A DNA stretch of 64,000 bases, taken from Polyangiaceae bacterium. Its GTDB lineage: Bacteria > Myxococcota_A > Polyangia > Polyangiales > Polyangiaceae. The stretch's first letter is position 1. Each line of letters starts with the position of its first letter. The notes under the pieces were generated by a model, which did not search any database, was not told the origin of the DNA, and saw only the letters and a program-made list of their open reading frames with translations. Both the position numbers and the translations under genes were made by a program. Positions 48,691 through 58,919 of the stretch are shown here, piece by piece. The stretch lies in the NCBI GenBank assembly GCA_965222375.1, contig CBDCTZ010000015.1, forward strand, positions 1,571,170-1,635,169. Reading direction: 5' to 3'.

Positions 48691-51600
48691 TTAGTTCACG
48701 TTGATGCAGGTGTTGTTGACGCAGGTGCCGGTGGTGCAAGTCCCGCAGTTGAGCACATCACCGCAACCATTCGGATACAGCCCACACTGCGCGCTGGCCT
48801 TGATGCAGGTTGTCGGTACGCAAGTGCCTGGCGGGCAAGCCTCGCACGTGAGCACCCCGCCGCAGCCATCACCCTGTGGTCCGCAGCGGCCACCGCAATC
48901 CAAGGGGGTGCAAGTCGGCCCGCCACAGGGCCCGCAGTCGATCGTACCGCCGCAGCCATCGCCGGACAGTCCACAAGTGACGCCCAATTCGGCGCAGCTC
49001 TTCTTGACGCAGCCGCTACCACCACACTTGCCCGTAACGCCTGCACCGCCGCAGGTTTCCGGAGCCGTGCAGTTGCCACAGTTGAGCGTGCCACCACAAC
49101 CATCCGCCCACTGTCCGCAGTCGTAGCCAAGCGCAGCGCAAGTTGTCGGCGTGCAGCTGCCCTTGCCGCACTGTCCAACCGTGCCGCCACCACCACAGGT
49201 GTTAGGCGACGCGCAACTGCCGCAGTTGAGGCTGCCGCCGCAGCCGTCAGCCCAGAAGCCGCAAGTGTACCCGAGTGCGGCGCAAGTAGTGGGTGTACAG
49301 GTCGACCCTCCGCACTTGCCGCCCGTGCTGCACACTTGGGGCGACGTGCAGGTGCCGCAACTTGGGATGATCCCGCCGCAGCCGTCAGGCGCCGGGCCGC
49401 ACTGGATGCCTTGGTCGGCGCAGGTGAGCTTGGTGCAGGTGGGTATCGGTTGGCTTTCGTCGCAAACCACGGATGCCAAGTCGAAGAACATGAACGCCAG
49501 CGCCTTCTCTTGGGGGCTCATCGTCGTCGACTTGCACTCACTGGGGAAGGAGTTCCCCTTGTCCCCAGATGACACGTGGATATCGCTGAAGATGAATCGC
49601 CCACACTGGTTGGCCGGCGCGATCCCCACGGGCGTATTGAAGGTGATGTACTGAGGAGCGTGGGGGATATTGTTCCCGATTGGGTACTGAGTGTTCTCCG
49701 CGTAGATCCACTCGAGCACCCGGGACTGGTCGAAGGTGTTGATGCTGTGCTTCGTATCGAACACGCTTAGGTTGCCCGCGGTCGACGACGCGCCCACGGT
49801 GACGAGCCAGTTCGCGAGCAAGTTCCCCTTCGGGAAGCTCATCACCACCTTTTCCGGGATCGTTGGTGACAGCGTACTTGAGAGCATTCCCGGTGAGGGA
49901 TACAGCCAGCTCGCAAGGGTATTCCACGCGCCACTGCCCGTGCCGTTGGTATTCGCACTGACCCAATAGTGGTGATAGTGCGACGCAAACACGCGCCCCC
50001 CCACGTTCAAGTAGTCGTACATGGCCTTGAGGGCGCTAGCTGGCTTCGTGGATGAGAAGGTGTTGCCTTCGCAGCCCAAGAGCGTGACGTCGTACTTCTG
50101 CAGGCTCGCCAGATTCGCCCACAGCGTGGTTGCACTCGGAAAGTTCGCCCCGCCGAGGGCCGCATCATACTTGCCGATCGCCTTGTTCGAGCCGACGCTG
50201 GGTTGACCCTGGAACAGGTTGACGCGCCCAGCTCCGGTGGGATTCGTGAACTCACTGTCATCAATGCCAATCTTGCGCAGCAAGCACTCCAGCGCGTCGA
50301 AGCCTCCAGTGGCCAGCGCGATCTTCGGGATGTCCCCCTCGGACTTGTTCCGCGGCAAACGCGTCAGGGACTTCGGCACGGCCACATTGCCGCACTGGCT
50401 GGTGGTCACCTTGAATTGGCGCCGCCACTTGCCGATCTGAACCACGACTGGGATGTCGATACCGACAGGCATGTTGCCCAGCGTGAACTTGCCGGTGGCG
50501 TCGGTGAGAGTCGTCACTAGTGGCAAGCCGCTCAGGGCGGAGCCGCACTTGTCGCAGGTGGCGCCATCCGTGAACGCCGCAGGCGTACCATTCGGCACGT
50601 AAACATAGACGTTGGGCAGCGGCAGGTTGCCGGCCGGATCGTAAACGGTACCGGAGATGCTCGTCGTTCCCGTGGGGCAGGTGACCTGCTTGCACTGCAG
50701 GTTGATGCAGCTGGAGCCAGTGCCACACAAGTTCGGCCCTCCGCCACCACAGAAGGCCGGCGCCGTGCAGGTGCTGCAGTTGGGCGTCAGGCCACCACAG
50801 CCGTCCGACTGTTGACCGCAGGTGCCCGCAGGGAAGTCCGAGCACTTCAGCGGGGTGCAACTCGGTGCGCCGCCACACACATTGGGGGTGCCGCCGCAAC
50901 CGCAGCAGTTGCCCGCGGAGCAGGTGCCGCAATTGGCGGTCAGGCCGCCACAACCATCGCTGGCCACACCACAGTTGGCGCCCACCTGAGCGCAGGTCTT
51001 TGGCACACACGCCGGAGGCGCACCGCCACACTCGCTCGGATTGCCGCCGCAACCACAGCAATTTGGAGCAGTGCAGGTACCACAGCTGGCCGTCAGACCA
51101 CCGCAGCCGTCGCTCACCGGACCGCAGTTGGCGCCCCAGTCCGCGCAGGTCTTCTTCACGCAAGGCAGCGCGCTGGCACCGCACTCATTGGGTTTGCCGC
51201 CTCCGCCGCAGATCTCTCCGGCTACGGTGCATTTGCCGCAGTCGACCAGGCCGCCGCAGCCGTCGGCGACGGGTCCGCAATTGTAACCCTGCTGCGCGCA
51301 AGTCTTTGGCGTGCAGGCAACGCCACCGCACGCGTTCGGCGTCCCGCCGCCACCACAAGTCTGTGGGGGCGTGCAGGTGCCGCAGTCGATCAATCCACCA
51401 CAGCCGTCGCCTTGCTGGCCACAAGAGGCGTTGAGCTCAGCGCAAGTCTTCTTGGTGCAAGGATCACTGCCGCACTTGCTTGGCCCGCCGCCGCCGCAAT
51501 ACTCAGGCGCGGTGCAGCTGCCGCACTCGATGATGTTGCCGCAGCCGTCCGCTTGCTTGCCACAGTCCGCGCCGAGCTCAGCGCAAGTCAGCGGCGTGCA

Positions 51601-51771
51601 GCCGCCGGCGTCGAGGATGACGCCCGAGTCACCCGCAGTGCCAGCGGTGCCGGCACTGCCGTCTGCACCTGCATCGCTCGGGTTGTCGGGGCCCGCGTCC
51701 TCGCTGCCCGCACAGCCCACACCCAAAAACACAACGCCAAGGAGTACCCACAGCGGAAACAGCTTACGCAT
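48691..51771 (-). CDS. Large Cys-rich repeat lipoprotein with central carboxypeptidase-regulatory-like domain
   Basis: Lipobox GVGC; 12 CxPxTC..CG..DGCGG repeats (6+6) flanking ISGTVYDP..QIGKWRRQ..DALECLLRKIG. Confidence 0.88.
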   Translation of the reverse strand: MRKLFPLWVLLGVVFLGVGCAGSEDAGPDNPSDAGADGSAGTAGTAGDSGVILDAGGCTPLTCAELGADCGKQADGCGNIIECGSCTAPEYCGGGGPSKCGSDPCTKKTCAELNASCGQQGDGCGGLIDCGTCTPPQTCGGGGTPNACGGVACTPKTCAQQGYNCGPVADGCGGLVDCGKCTVAGEICGGGGKPNECGASALPCVKKTCADWGANCGPVSDGCGGLTASCGTCTAPNCCGCGGNPSECGGAPPACVPKTCAQVGANCGVASDGCGGLTANCGTCSAGNCCGCGGTPNVCGGAPSCTPLKCSDFPAGTCGQQSDGCGGLTPNCSTCTAPAFCGGGGPNLCGTGSSCINLQCKQVTCPTGTTSISGTVYDPAGNLPLPNVYVYVPNGTPAAFTDGATCDKCGSALSGLPLVTTLTDATGKFTLGNMPVGIDIPVVVQIGKWRRQFKVTTSQCGNVAVPKSLTRLPRNKSEGDIPKIALATGGFDALECLLRKIGIDDSEFTNPTGAGRVNLFQGQPSVGSNKAIGKYDAALGGANFPSATTLWANLASLQKYDVTLLGCEGNTFSSTKPASALKAMYDYLNVGGRVFASHYHHYWVSANTNGTGSGAWNTLASWLYPSPGMLSSTLSPTIPEKVVMSFPKGNLLANWLVTVGASSTAGNLSVFDTKHSINTFDQSRVLEWIYAENTQYPIGNNIPHAPQYITFNTPVGIAPANQCGRFIFSDIHVSSGDKGNSFPSECKSTTMSPQEKALAFMFFDLASVVCDESQPIPTCTKLTCADQGIQCGPAPDGCGGIIPSCGTCTSPQVCSTGGKCGGSTCTPTTCAALGYTCGFWADGCGGSLNCGSCASPNTCGGGGTVGQCGKGSCTPTTCAALGYDCGQWADGCGGTLNCGNCTAPETCGGAGVTGKCGGSGCVKKSCAELGVTCGLSGDGCGGTIDCGPCGGPTCTPLDCGGRCGPQGDGCGGVLTCEACPPGTCVPTTCIKASAQCGLYPNGCGDVLNCGTCTTGTCVNNTCINVN

Positions 51772-52124
51772 CCCGAAAACCCTTCAAACCGACGCGCCCC
51801 GCGCGCATCCCCACAAATCGGACGGACCGAAGCATAGTTTAGCCCGGTCAGCCAGGGCGCACGGCCCAATTCCCGTGTCACTGAGCTGCAGTGCGAGAAT
51901 CTGGGAGCTTTATGCCGCCATGGCCCGCCCGAGCCAGCGCGAAAAACCATGAGCCACCGGTTTGGGCAGTCCGATCCGCAGCGCTGAGCGCTAGACGAGA
52001 CGATGAAGTCTGTTGTTTGGGGGTCGCGTCCCTGCCCGGCTTTGGTGCCCTACTCTCGCTCTTCCACACGGCTTGGCATCGACTTCCAAGTGATGTGCGG
52101 ACGGCGAGCCGCATCCGGCTCGTG

Positions 52125-52526
52125 TCAGTCTTCGGGCCAGTCGGACAGGCTGCCCAGGTCGTGCACGGTGTGACCCAACTTACGAAGCTTGTCTGCCGCG
52201 CGCTTGGAACGAACACCTGCAGCACAGTAGGTGACCACGGCCTTGCCTTCGGGCAGCTCCGAGTGTCGCGTGTCGAGCTCGTGGACAGGAATGTTGATCG
52301 CCCCGGGCGCGTGGCCACCGGCAAACTCGCCCGGTGACCGCACATCGAGCAGCACGGCGCCTTCGGCGACGAGCTGCTTGGCACGGCGGCCGTCGACCTT
52401 GCCGCCCAGCGCCGGATTGCCTTTTTCTGCGGCCGCCTCGGAGCGGGAACAAGCCGGCAGGGCGGCCGGCAGAGCAAGGGCCATCAGCAGAGCAGACGAG
52501 CGCAAGGTCGTTGCAGACCGGGTCAT
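52125..52526 (-). CDS. Rhodanese-domain lipoprotein
   Basis: LLDVRSPGEFAGGHAPGAINIP and YCAAGVRS motifs. Confidence 0.92.
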   Translation of the reverse strand: MTRSATTLRSSALLMALALPAALPACSRSEAAAEKGNPALGGKVDGRRAKQLVAEGAVLLDVRSPGEFAGGHAPGAINIPVHELDTRHSELPEGKAVVTYCAAGVRSKRAADKLRKLGHTVHDLGSLSDWPED

Positions 52527-52592
52527 GAATGACGAGTTAGTGCGAGCCCGGGGGCCACGCAAGTCGGGCACCAGTCAAGACCGCGTGTAGCC

Positions 52593-52814
52593 TCAAAAAC
52601 GGTACTTGCTGTGGCACGCCGTGCAGCCCTCGAGCACGACGCCGAGTTGCTTGGTCGTTGCAGGCAGGTCACCCGCCTTCGAAGCTTTGAGCAGCTTCAC
52701 CAATTCATCGTGGAAGGCTTCATCCTGCTTGATGAACGCCTGCAGATCGTCCCCAAGGGCGGCCTGATCGGTCCAAAAAAGGCTGCTTGGGTGCCGTCTC
52801 GGCGGTGATTTCAA
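52593..52814 (-). pseudogene. C-terminal fragment of a class II cytochrome c (c')
   Basis: C-terminal CTACHSKYRF after helical segments; no signal peptide or N-terminal half. Confidence 0.65.
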
Positions 52815-52941
52815 GCCGGTGCGACCCGCATCACACCGAGAGGTACGCCCTCCGCGCTACTGTGGAGTGGATGGCCTACCGGACGCCAAGACCCGACAGC
52901 GTCCAGCGCGCTAGCCCCAAGAGCGGTGCTACACTGCGACA

Positions 52942-53367
52942 GTGACCAGCGGGGACCTAGAGGCGCTCAGGGCGGAGTTTCTCCGACTCACCTATAGACG
53001 GGATACGCTGGTGCTGCGCGGTCCGGGCGGTCCCAGCGGTTCGGAGTTGCGTCAGGTTCAAGCAGCAATCGCCAACATCAGTAGGCAGATTGATGTGGTG
53101 GTCGGCACGCCCCGACGTTCCGTACGACGACCGGAGCGAGGCCGCTGGCTCCGTCGAGCAGTGAGCGCCAGCGCGCTCGTGCTCGCGATTAGCGTACCCG
53201 CCATCCTGATGGTGAACGTGAGCCCACAGCGGCCGAAGATGATCTTCTGCAGTGGCTGCACTTGCACCGAGTGGCACGAAAGCAACGGCTACCCTCCCGG
53301 CGTATTCGAATTCGTGGACGAGGATGGCGCGTGGTACTTTTCAGACCCATCCGTCCCACCGTTCTGA
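52942..53367 (+). CDS. Hypothetical single-TM protein
   Basis: GTG 6 nt after TACACT; one TM; CSGCTC. Confidence 0.5.
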   Translation: MTSGDLEALRAEFLRLTYRRDTLVLRGPGGPSGSELRQVQAAIANISRQIDVVVGTPRRSVRRPERGRWLRRAVSASALVLAISVPAILMVNVSPQRPKMIFCSGCTCTEWHESNGYPPGVFEFVDEDGAWYFSDPSVPPF

Positions 53368-53523
53368 AGGCCCTCCGTGCGCGGACCCCTCCGGAGCCTC
53401 GATGCCAAGGGAGTTCCCCGGAAGAAACCGGGTAGAGCCAGCCAAGCGGTAGCCGCGCGCTCCCAGCGAGCTTCGCCGGCTCAGGCAGCTTGCTTCTGAG
53501 AGAGGCGCGCGGGCGCACGGCGC

Positions 53524-53979
53524 TCAACGGCGCCAGCGAAGCATAAGGGCGCGTGTGCCGATCCCGCCGATGGCCGTGAGAAGCCCCGCACCCATGAGCA
53601 GCACAAAGCCGTGGGTCGGAGACGGGCGCTGCAACCGCACATCCGTAGGATCTCCAGCCAGGTAGAAGATCCGCACCTGTGCGCCCACCTGTGCGCGTCC
53701 CGTGGGTGTGTTCGCCGGGACCCGTCGCTCGACGCGATGCGCTTTGCCGTCCACTTCAAAGCTGAAGGTGAGCAGAGTGACGGTTACTTCGTAGTGCGCA
53801 CCGCGCTGGCTGGTGGCGCGGCGCTGCTCCGTTCTTCGCGCCTCGACTCGCGCGTCCGTCTCGCGAAAGTCACCGAAGGCATCGGTCATCAGGGTGAAGA
53901 CCGCATAGCCACCGAGAGCGAGCCCCATCAGTAGCAGCGGCACCCCCAATATGCGCAACACCGCCGGCAGCCGATCCAT
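53524..53979 (-). CDS. DUF3592-like membrane protein
   Basis: FEVDGKAH and VGAQVRIFYLAGDP between two TMs. Confidence 0.78.
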   Translation of the reverse strand: MDRLPAVLRILGVPLLLMGLALGGYAVFTLMTDAFGDFRETDARVEARRTEQRRATSQRGAHYEVTVTLLTFSFEVDGKAHRVERRVPANTPTGRAQVGAQVRIFYLAGDPTDVRLQRPSPTHGFVLLMGAGLLTAIGGIGTRALMLRWRR

Positions 53980-54009
53980 GGCGCTGCTTGTATCACGAGA
54001 GCAGGGGCC

Positions 54010-54321
54010 TCAAGTTTCGCGAAAAGGAGCGCGGGCGATACTCAGCGTCTTCTTGAAGTTGCCCCAGAGGCGACTGTATACGAGCGTCGCAGTCACTTCC
54101 TCGTTCATCCCCACGTCCACTCGATACTCGCGCTTACGGGAAATGGGAGGAAGCTTGATTTCTGACGTGACCACGTGGGCACCACTGTCCACGTGCAGAT
54201 CGACGTCGAAGCCGGAAACGAATCCACCATCGTACACAACCTGCCCATCTACGCCGATCACGACCCGAACGTCCGCCAAGAAGAACCCGGGTTTCGGATA
54301 CGCGATGCGAAGCCGCGACAC
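54010..54321 (-). CDS. Small hypothetical beta-sheet protein
   Basis: 103 aa ORF; ends YSRLWGNF.. Confidence 0.6.
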   Translation of the reverse strand: MSRLRIAYPKPGFFLADVRVVIGVDGQVVYDGGFVSGFDVDLHVDSGAHVVTSEIKLPPISRKREYRVDVGMNEEVTATLVYSRLWGNFKKTLSIARAPFRET

Positions 54322-54440
54322 CCGAGACGTATATCAAGCCTCGCACTCCCGGGCCAACGCGCGGGAGTAGTGCCGCAGTGCCGCACCATCGCTCGACCCC
54401 AACCAAACCTTCAAAAAGCTGTCGCTGCGCCTGGGGCGGG

Positions 54441-54647
54441 TCAGATGCAGATCGTCGCAGGCTCGTGTCGGCACTTGCCAGAAACGCAAGCTAGCCCGAG
54501 CGCACACGGGTCATCGAAGAGGACATCTTTCGAACACGGCTGCCCGAATTCGAGGTCTGGCTGGCAGGTCCCCGTGTCTCCCTGGCCCATGCGCGTCACA
54601 GTCGCCCCCGAGAACTTGGGTCTTGGCACAACTGGCTGACATCCCAT
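54441..54647 (-). other. Short Cys-rich ORF, possibly a remnant
   Basis: CQPDLEFGQPC..DPCALGLACVSGKC resembles myxobacterial Cys-rich repeat termini. Confidence 0.35.
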
Positions 54648-54697
54648 CCGAAGCGCTCGTCGTTTCGCACGTTCGCCGCTGGCCTGCGCCTAGGGAG

Positions 54698-54802
54698 TCA
54701 CGGGGAGCCGCTGTCTCGGCCCCTGGTGACGAGAAGGATCACGCCAACCACGACGAGTGTCACTAGCAGCGCGAGAACGCCGAGGATGATGATGATGAGC
54801 AT
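54698..54802 (-). CDS. 34-aa single-TM small protein (not in the ORF track)
   Basis: MLIIIILGVLALLVTLVVVGVILLVTRGRDSGSP*; ATG 2 nt after the phaC stop. Confidence 0.55.
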   Translation of the reverse strand: MLIIIILGVLALLVTLVVVGVILLVTRGRDSGSP

Positions 54803-54804
54803 GC

Positions 54805-56004
54805 TCAATGTGCCCGCTTCACTTTGCCACGCCTCGCGGACGCGCTGGCCCGGGTTTTCGCGGCAGCAGCCTTTGCCTTGGGCTTCCGCGAGCCATTGCG
54901 TTTCGCGGCCGCGCGTTTCGCCTTCCCGCCGTCCCGCTTCTTCGCCGCCGCGCCCCGTGCCGCTCTGCTAGCCACGCCGTCGCGCGCGCCCACTTCGTCC
55001 CGCTCGGCCCAGAACGTGGCCAACTGCGGCCACAGCGTCTTCTTGGCCTTCTTGCTGACGACGGCGCCCACGTGCCCACCGGGCAAGTGCAGGTGCACCT
55101 TGTCCCTGGACGACACTTGGTCCAGCAGCACGCTAGCGCTCTTGTGGGGCACGATGTTGTCGTGCTCGAAGGTGATGCACAGCACGGGGCACGTGATGCT
55201 GTCCAGGCGCACCGGGCGACCGGACAGCGAGAGCTTGTCGTCGATCAGCGCGTCCTTTTGCCACAGCTCCTCGATGTACTTGCGGTAGCACTCGCCGGGG
55301 AAGGACACGTTGTCGTTGCCCCAGGTCTCCAGCGCCAAGAAGCCGTCAAGAAACTCGTCGTCCCAGGCGCGATCGATGACATGCACGGCCTTGGAGAGGT
55401 TCATCGTGGGTCGCAACAGCTGAAAGGCGCCCTGCATCAGCCGCCAGGGCACGTTGCCGAAGCCACCGACCAGCGCATCCACATCGAAACCCCGGGCCCG
55501 GGTCCAAGCACTGAGCAAGCCGTCGTCTGCGAAGCGAATGGGCGCCGCCAGTGCGCAAAGCGATGCCACACGCTCGGGACGAACGGCCGCGTGGATCGCC
55601 GCCAGGGTGCCACCCATGCAATAGCCGAGCACGTGGGCCTGCTGACTGCCGGCTCTGCGCGTGGTGGCACGCAGGGCCCGCCCGAGATAGCGGTCGCAGA
55701 TCTCGTCAAAGCTGAGATAGCGGTCTTCATCCGACGGCGTGCCCCAGTCGATGATGTACGTGTCGAAGCCGAGCTTCACCAACCACTCGGCAAAGCTCTT
55801 GCCCGGCATGAGGTCGAGCACGTAGTGCCGATTGATCAACGACGGCACGAGCAGGATGGGCGTTCGATGCGCCAACCCTTCGGGCCCCGGTCGATAGCGC
55901 AAGAGCCGCCACTTGTTCTCACGATGCACGACGTCCGCAGGGGTTTGCCCCACCTTCGGAGCGGGCGCCGTAACCCGCTTCATTAGATTGAACCAGCGAT
56001 TCAC
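54805..56004 (-). CDS. phaC: PHA synthase, class III/IV-type PhaC, with Ala/Lys/Arg-rich tail
   Basis: [29 protein letters not shown] (catalytic Cys), HDNIV (Asp) and GGHVG (His). Confidence 0.9.
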   Translation of the reverse strand: MNRWFNLMKRVTAPAPKVGQTPADVVHRENKWRLLRYRPGPEGLAHRTPILLVPSLINRHYVLDLMPGKSFAEWLVKLGFDTYIIDWGTPSDEDRYLSFDEICDRYLGRALRATTRRAGSQQAHVLGYCMGGTLAAIHAAVRPERVASLCALAAPIRFADDGLLSAWTRARGFDVDALVGGFGNVPWRLMQGAFQLLRPTMNLSKAVHVIDRAWDDEFLDGFLALETWGNDNVSFPGECYRKYIEELWQKDALIDDKLSLSGRPVRLDSITCPVLCITFEHDNIVPHKSASVLLDQVSSRDKVHLHLPGGHVGAVVSKKAKKTLWPQLATFWAERDEVGARDGVASRAARGAAAKKRDGGKAKRAAAKRNGSRKPKAKAAAAKTRASASARRGKVKRAH

Positions 56005-57746
56005 GCCGCGTACATCCCCTCGAATTGCGCGCCGAAACGCTCGTAGACCTTCTTGCGTCGCACCTTGAGGGTAGACGTTAGCAGCCCTCCGGCCACGGTG
56101 AGGGGCTCATCCATCACGCGGTACTTCTTGATCTGCTCGAACTTCGCCAGCCCGCCGTTCACCCGCTGAACCGCGGCATCCACCAGCGCCGCAACCTGCT
56201 TCGCACGCTCTTCGGCCGACGTGCCCAGCTCGGCGAGCCTGGCGTCCACCTGCTCTGCGTCGAGCCAGAGCCCAGCCACCAGGTACTTCTTTCCGTCCCC
56301 GTACACTACGGCGTGCGCCACGACGGGCTCGTCGGCAAAGCGCAGTTCGATATTGGCCGGCGGCACGTTTTTGCCGCCCGCGGTCACCAAGATCTCTTTC
56401 TTGCGATCGATGATCTGTAGAAAGCCGTCTTCGGTGAAGCGGCCGATGTCGCCCGTCATGAACCAACCGTCAGCGTCGAAGGCTTCTTTCGTTGCGGCTT
56501 TGTCCTTGTGGTAGCCCGAAAAGACATTGGCTCCCTTAGCCAAGATCTCTCCGTCATCCGCCAGCTTGATCTCCACGCTCGGCAGGGGCGGCCCGACCGA
56601 ATCAAAGCGGAACGCCCCCGGCCGATTCAAGGTCAAGGTCGGCGCGCATTCGGTCAGGCCGTAGCCCTCGATGATCAACAGCCCGCACGCGTAGAACAGC
56701 TCTTTGACCTCGCGTTTGAGGCCCGCGCCACCAGAAAGACAGAAACGCAATCGGCCGCCGGTCAGCTGCGCGAGCTTCTTGCGCCGCGCGTCGCCTTCGG
56801 CCTCGGCGCCAGCAGCGATGGCGAGCTTCTCCCAATAGGCGGGCACGCTCATCAACACGTTGGGCTTCACTTTGGGCAGCTTCGCAAGCACGCTTGCTGG
56901 GTCAGTCAGGTAGCTCGTGAAGCCGAGGCTGTTTCCCAAGCACGCTTCGCCAAAGCCGAAAATGTGGCTCATCGGCAGCCACAGCAGATCGACAAAATCT
57001 TCCTCCAGAGCCGGCGCATTGCAGTGCAGCCAGTCGCGACCGTTGATGGCCACGTTTCGGTGTGTGAGAGGAACGCCCTTGGGGTTTCCGGTCGTGCCGC
57101 TGGTGTAGAGCATCAGTCCGGGCTGGTCGAGACTCACCTCGTCCATGCGTTCTTGCACTGCGCTGGGAGTTTCTTCCAGGCGCGCGGCACCCGTCGTCTG
57201 TGCGCGTGACCAACTGACGACCTTGCGCTCGATCTCGTCGGCGCTGGGCAGATTGTCGCCGCCGCCCTTGTCCCGCAAGCCGCGCAACACGGCGACGGGT
57301 TCGATGGCGTCATCGAGCACCACCACGCGCTCCACCTGAGCCAGTGCGTCCCAGCGCTTCATCAGCTGAGCCAACAGCGGCGCCGTATCCACGTACACCA
57401 CCCGCGCGTCGCTATGCTCGACCACGTACGCTGCTTGATCGGCCGTACTGGCGGGATAGATCGGCACCATCACGCCGCCTGCGGCCTGAATGCCCAGCGC
57501 CGCCATCAGCCACTCCACGCGATTGGGCGCAAAGACCGCCGCGCGATCCCCGAGCTTCAGGCCCAAGCCGATCAGATGACTCGCCGCCCGCTCGATTCCG
57601 TCGGCGAACGCACCCCAAGTAACCGCAGTCCAATCGCCGCTTTCACTCGGCAGCATGAAGCGCGGGCGTGTACGTCGCTCTGGCAGAGCGTCGAAAACAG
57701 CGCGGGGCGCGATCTTCAGATCTTCGAACTTGGTCACGTCGAGCAC
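56001..57746 (-). CDS. Long-chain acyl-CoA synthetase (AMP-binding)
   Basis: [23 protein letters not shown] and DRKKE motifs; GGAG RBS; GTGA-coupled to phaC. Confidence 0.93.
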   Translation of the reverse strand: MLDVTKFEDLKIAPRAVFDALPERRTRPRFMLPSESGDWTAVTWGAFADGIERAASHLIGLGLKLGDRAAVFAPNRVEWLMAALGIQAAGGVMVPIYPASTADQAAYVVEHSDARVVYVDTAPLLAQLMKRWDALAQVERVVVLDDAIEPVAVLRGLRDKGGGDNLPSADEIERKVVSWSRAQTTGAARLEETPSAVQERMDEVSLDQPGLMLYTSGTTGNPKGVPLTHRNVAINGRDWLHCNAPALEEDFVDLLWLPMSHIFGFGEACLGNSLGFTSYLTDPASVLAKLPKVKPNVLMSVPAYWEKLAIAAGAEAEGDARRKKLAQLTGGRLRFCLSGGAGLKREVKELFYACGLLIIEGYGLTECAPTLTLNRPGAFRFDSVGPPLPSVEIKLADDGEILAKGANVFSGYHKDKAATKEAFDADGWFMTGDIGRFTEDGFLQIIDRKKEILVTAGGKNVPPANIELRFADEPVVAHAVVYGDGKKYLVAGLWLDAEQVDARLAELGTSAEERAKQVAALVDAAVQRVNGGLAKFEQIKKYRVMDEPLTVAGGLLTSTLKVRRKKVYERFGAQFEGMYAA

Positions 57747-57756
57747 GGTGGGCTCC

Positions 57757-58044
57757 TCACTTGCTTTCGTATTCTGCGAGCTTCTCTTCCAAGTCGAGCA
57801 GCTTGCTCTCCAGCTGGTTGAGCTTGTGAAGCGAACGCTCCTGGTCACGCTTCGTGGGCAGCCCTAGGTTGCCCCAAAAGGATGCCGCGCCTTGGTCCGC
57901 CTTGGCCTTGAGCTTCATGCTCGCGGAGAGCCAAGCGCCAGCGGGTTCGAGGATCATCGGGCTCTTGAGCCAGTGCTCCATGTACTGCGCCGTGGCGCTT
58001 TCCCAGACGTTGAAATACTTCTTGTACAGTTCCCAGGGATTCAT
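57757..58044 (-). CDS. Short PhaE-like PHA synthase partner subunit (95 aa)
   Basis: [20 protein letters not shown] coiled coil, similar to PhaE/PhaR(class IV) C-termini; in the phaC operon. Confidence 0.7.
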   Translation of the reverse strand: MNPWELYKKYFNVWESATAQYMEHWLKSPMILEPAGAWLSASMKLKAKADQGAASFWGNLGLPTKRDQERSLHKLNQLESKLLDLEEKLAEYESK

Positions 58045-58061
58045 GACTTGCTCCTGATTTT

Positions 58062-58919
58062 CTAGAATCCAATTCGCCGAACCTCGGCGGCGACGCCGAA
58101 GTCCTTGGCGGTTTCGCCTTGCTTGCTCGTGACCCGCACGACTTCGGCGAAGCACTCGAAGAAGAACGAGACTTGTTTCTGCGACGTGGCGCTGCCGACT
58201 GCGGGCTCCACGGTGACGTTGGTACGCACTCGATGGGCCTGTTTGAAGATCAGCGCCGGCAGAACGACGCTGCCCATGTCGTCGACCTCCACGTCGTAGG
58301 TGTCCTTGCCCGCGTAGGGCAGTCCGCGAATCATGCCGTTGGTCACCTGACCCACGGACACGAATTTCGTTCCGGGCTGGATTGGGAAACGCAGCACCTC
58401 GACAGGCGGGTCGTAGACCACGAGGGTCTTGCCGTCGCTGGGGTTTTCGTCCCGGGATGCGAGGCCCAAGAGCAGCAAGGCGCCGTCCGTGTGGCGGCCG
58501 ACGCTTTCCACCCGGCCGCCACCGTCGAAGGGAGTGATGAAAGCGTCCGGGGGAAAGCTCGCTTCGTACCACTTGCCGGCAATGGACTGAGGGGCGATGC
58601 GCGCCTCTTGGTCGTCCGCGAAGTCGGTCGAAAAGTCCCACACCAGGCCTTCGGGACCCGTAGCGCCCGCGACGGCAACGTTACGCTCGACGCCCGGAGG
58701 AGACAGCAAATACGAAATCGGAGTGCCGATCGCGGGTGCCACTTCGCTCGCGTCGATCTTGCCATCGAGATTGGGAACGCAACTCAGCGGCTCCGGCTCT
58801 AGGCCCGTATACGGGACTCGCGCCGGCGGCGTCGTCTCGTTGTCCCCGCAGCCGATGATGCAAAGGAGCGAGAAAAGGCCGGCGAGCAAGCAGCCAGAGC
58901 TAGAAATAGAACGCGACAC
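58062..58919 (-). CDS. Uncharacterised lipoprotein (paralogue of 61782-62750)
   Basis: Lipobox IIGC; CVPNLDGKID, YDPPVEVLRFP and FECFAE motifs. Confidence 0.8.
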   Translation of the reverse strand: MSRSISSSGCLLAGLFSLLCIIGCGDNETTPPARVPYTGLEPEPLSCVPNLDGKIDASEVAPAIGTPISYLLSPPGVERNVAVAGATGPEGLVWDFSTDFADDQEARIAPQSIAGKWYEASFPPDAFITPFDGGGRVESVGRHTDGALLLLGLASRDENPSDGKTLVVYDPPVEVLRFPIQPGTKFVSVGQVTNGMIRGLPYAGKDTYDVEVDDMGSVVLPALIFKQAHRVRTNVTVEPAVGSATSQKQVSFFFECFAEVVRVTSKQGETAKDFGVAAEVRRIGF

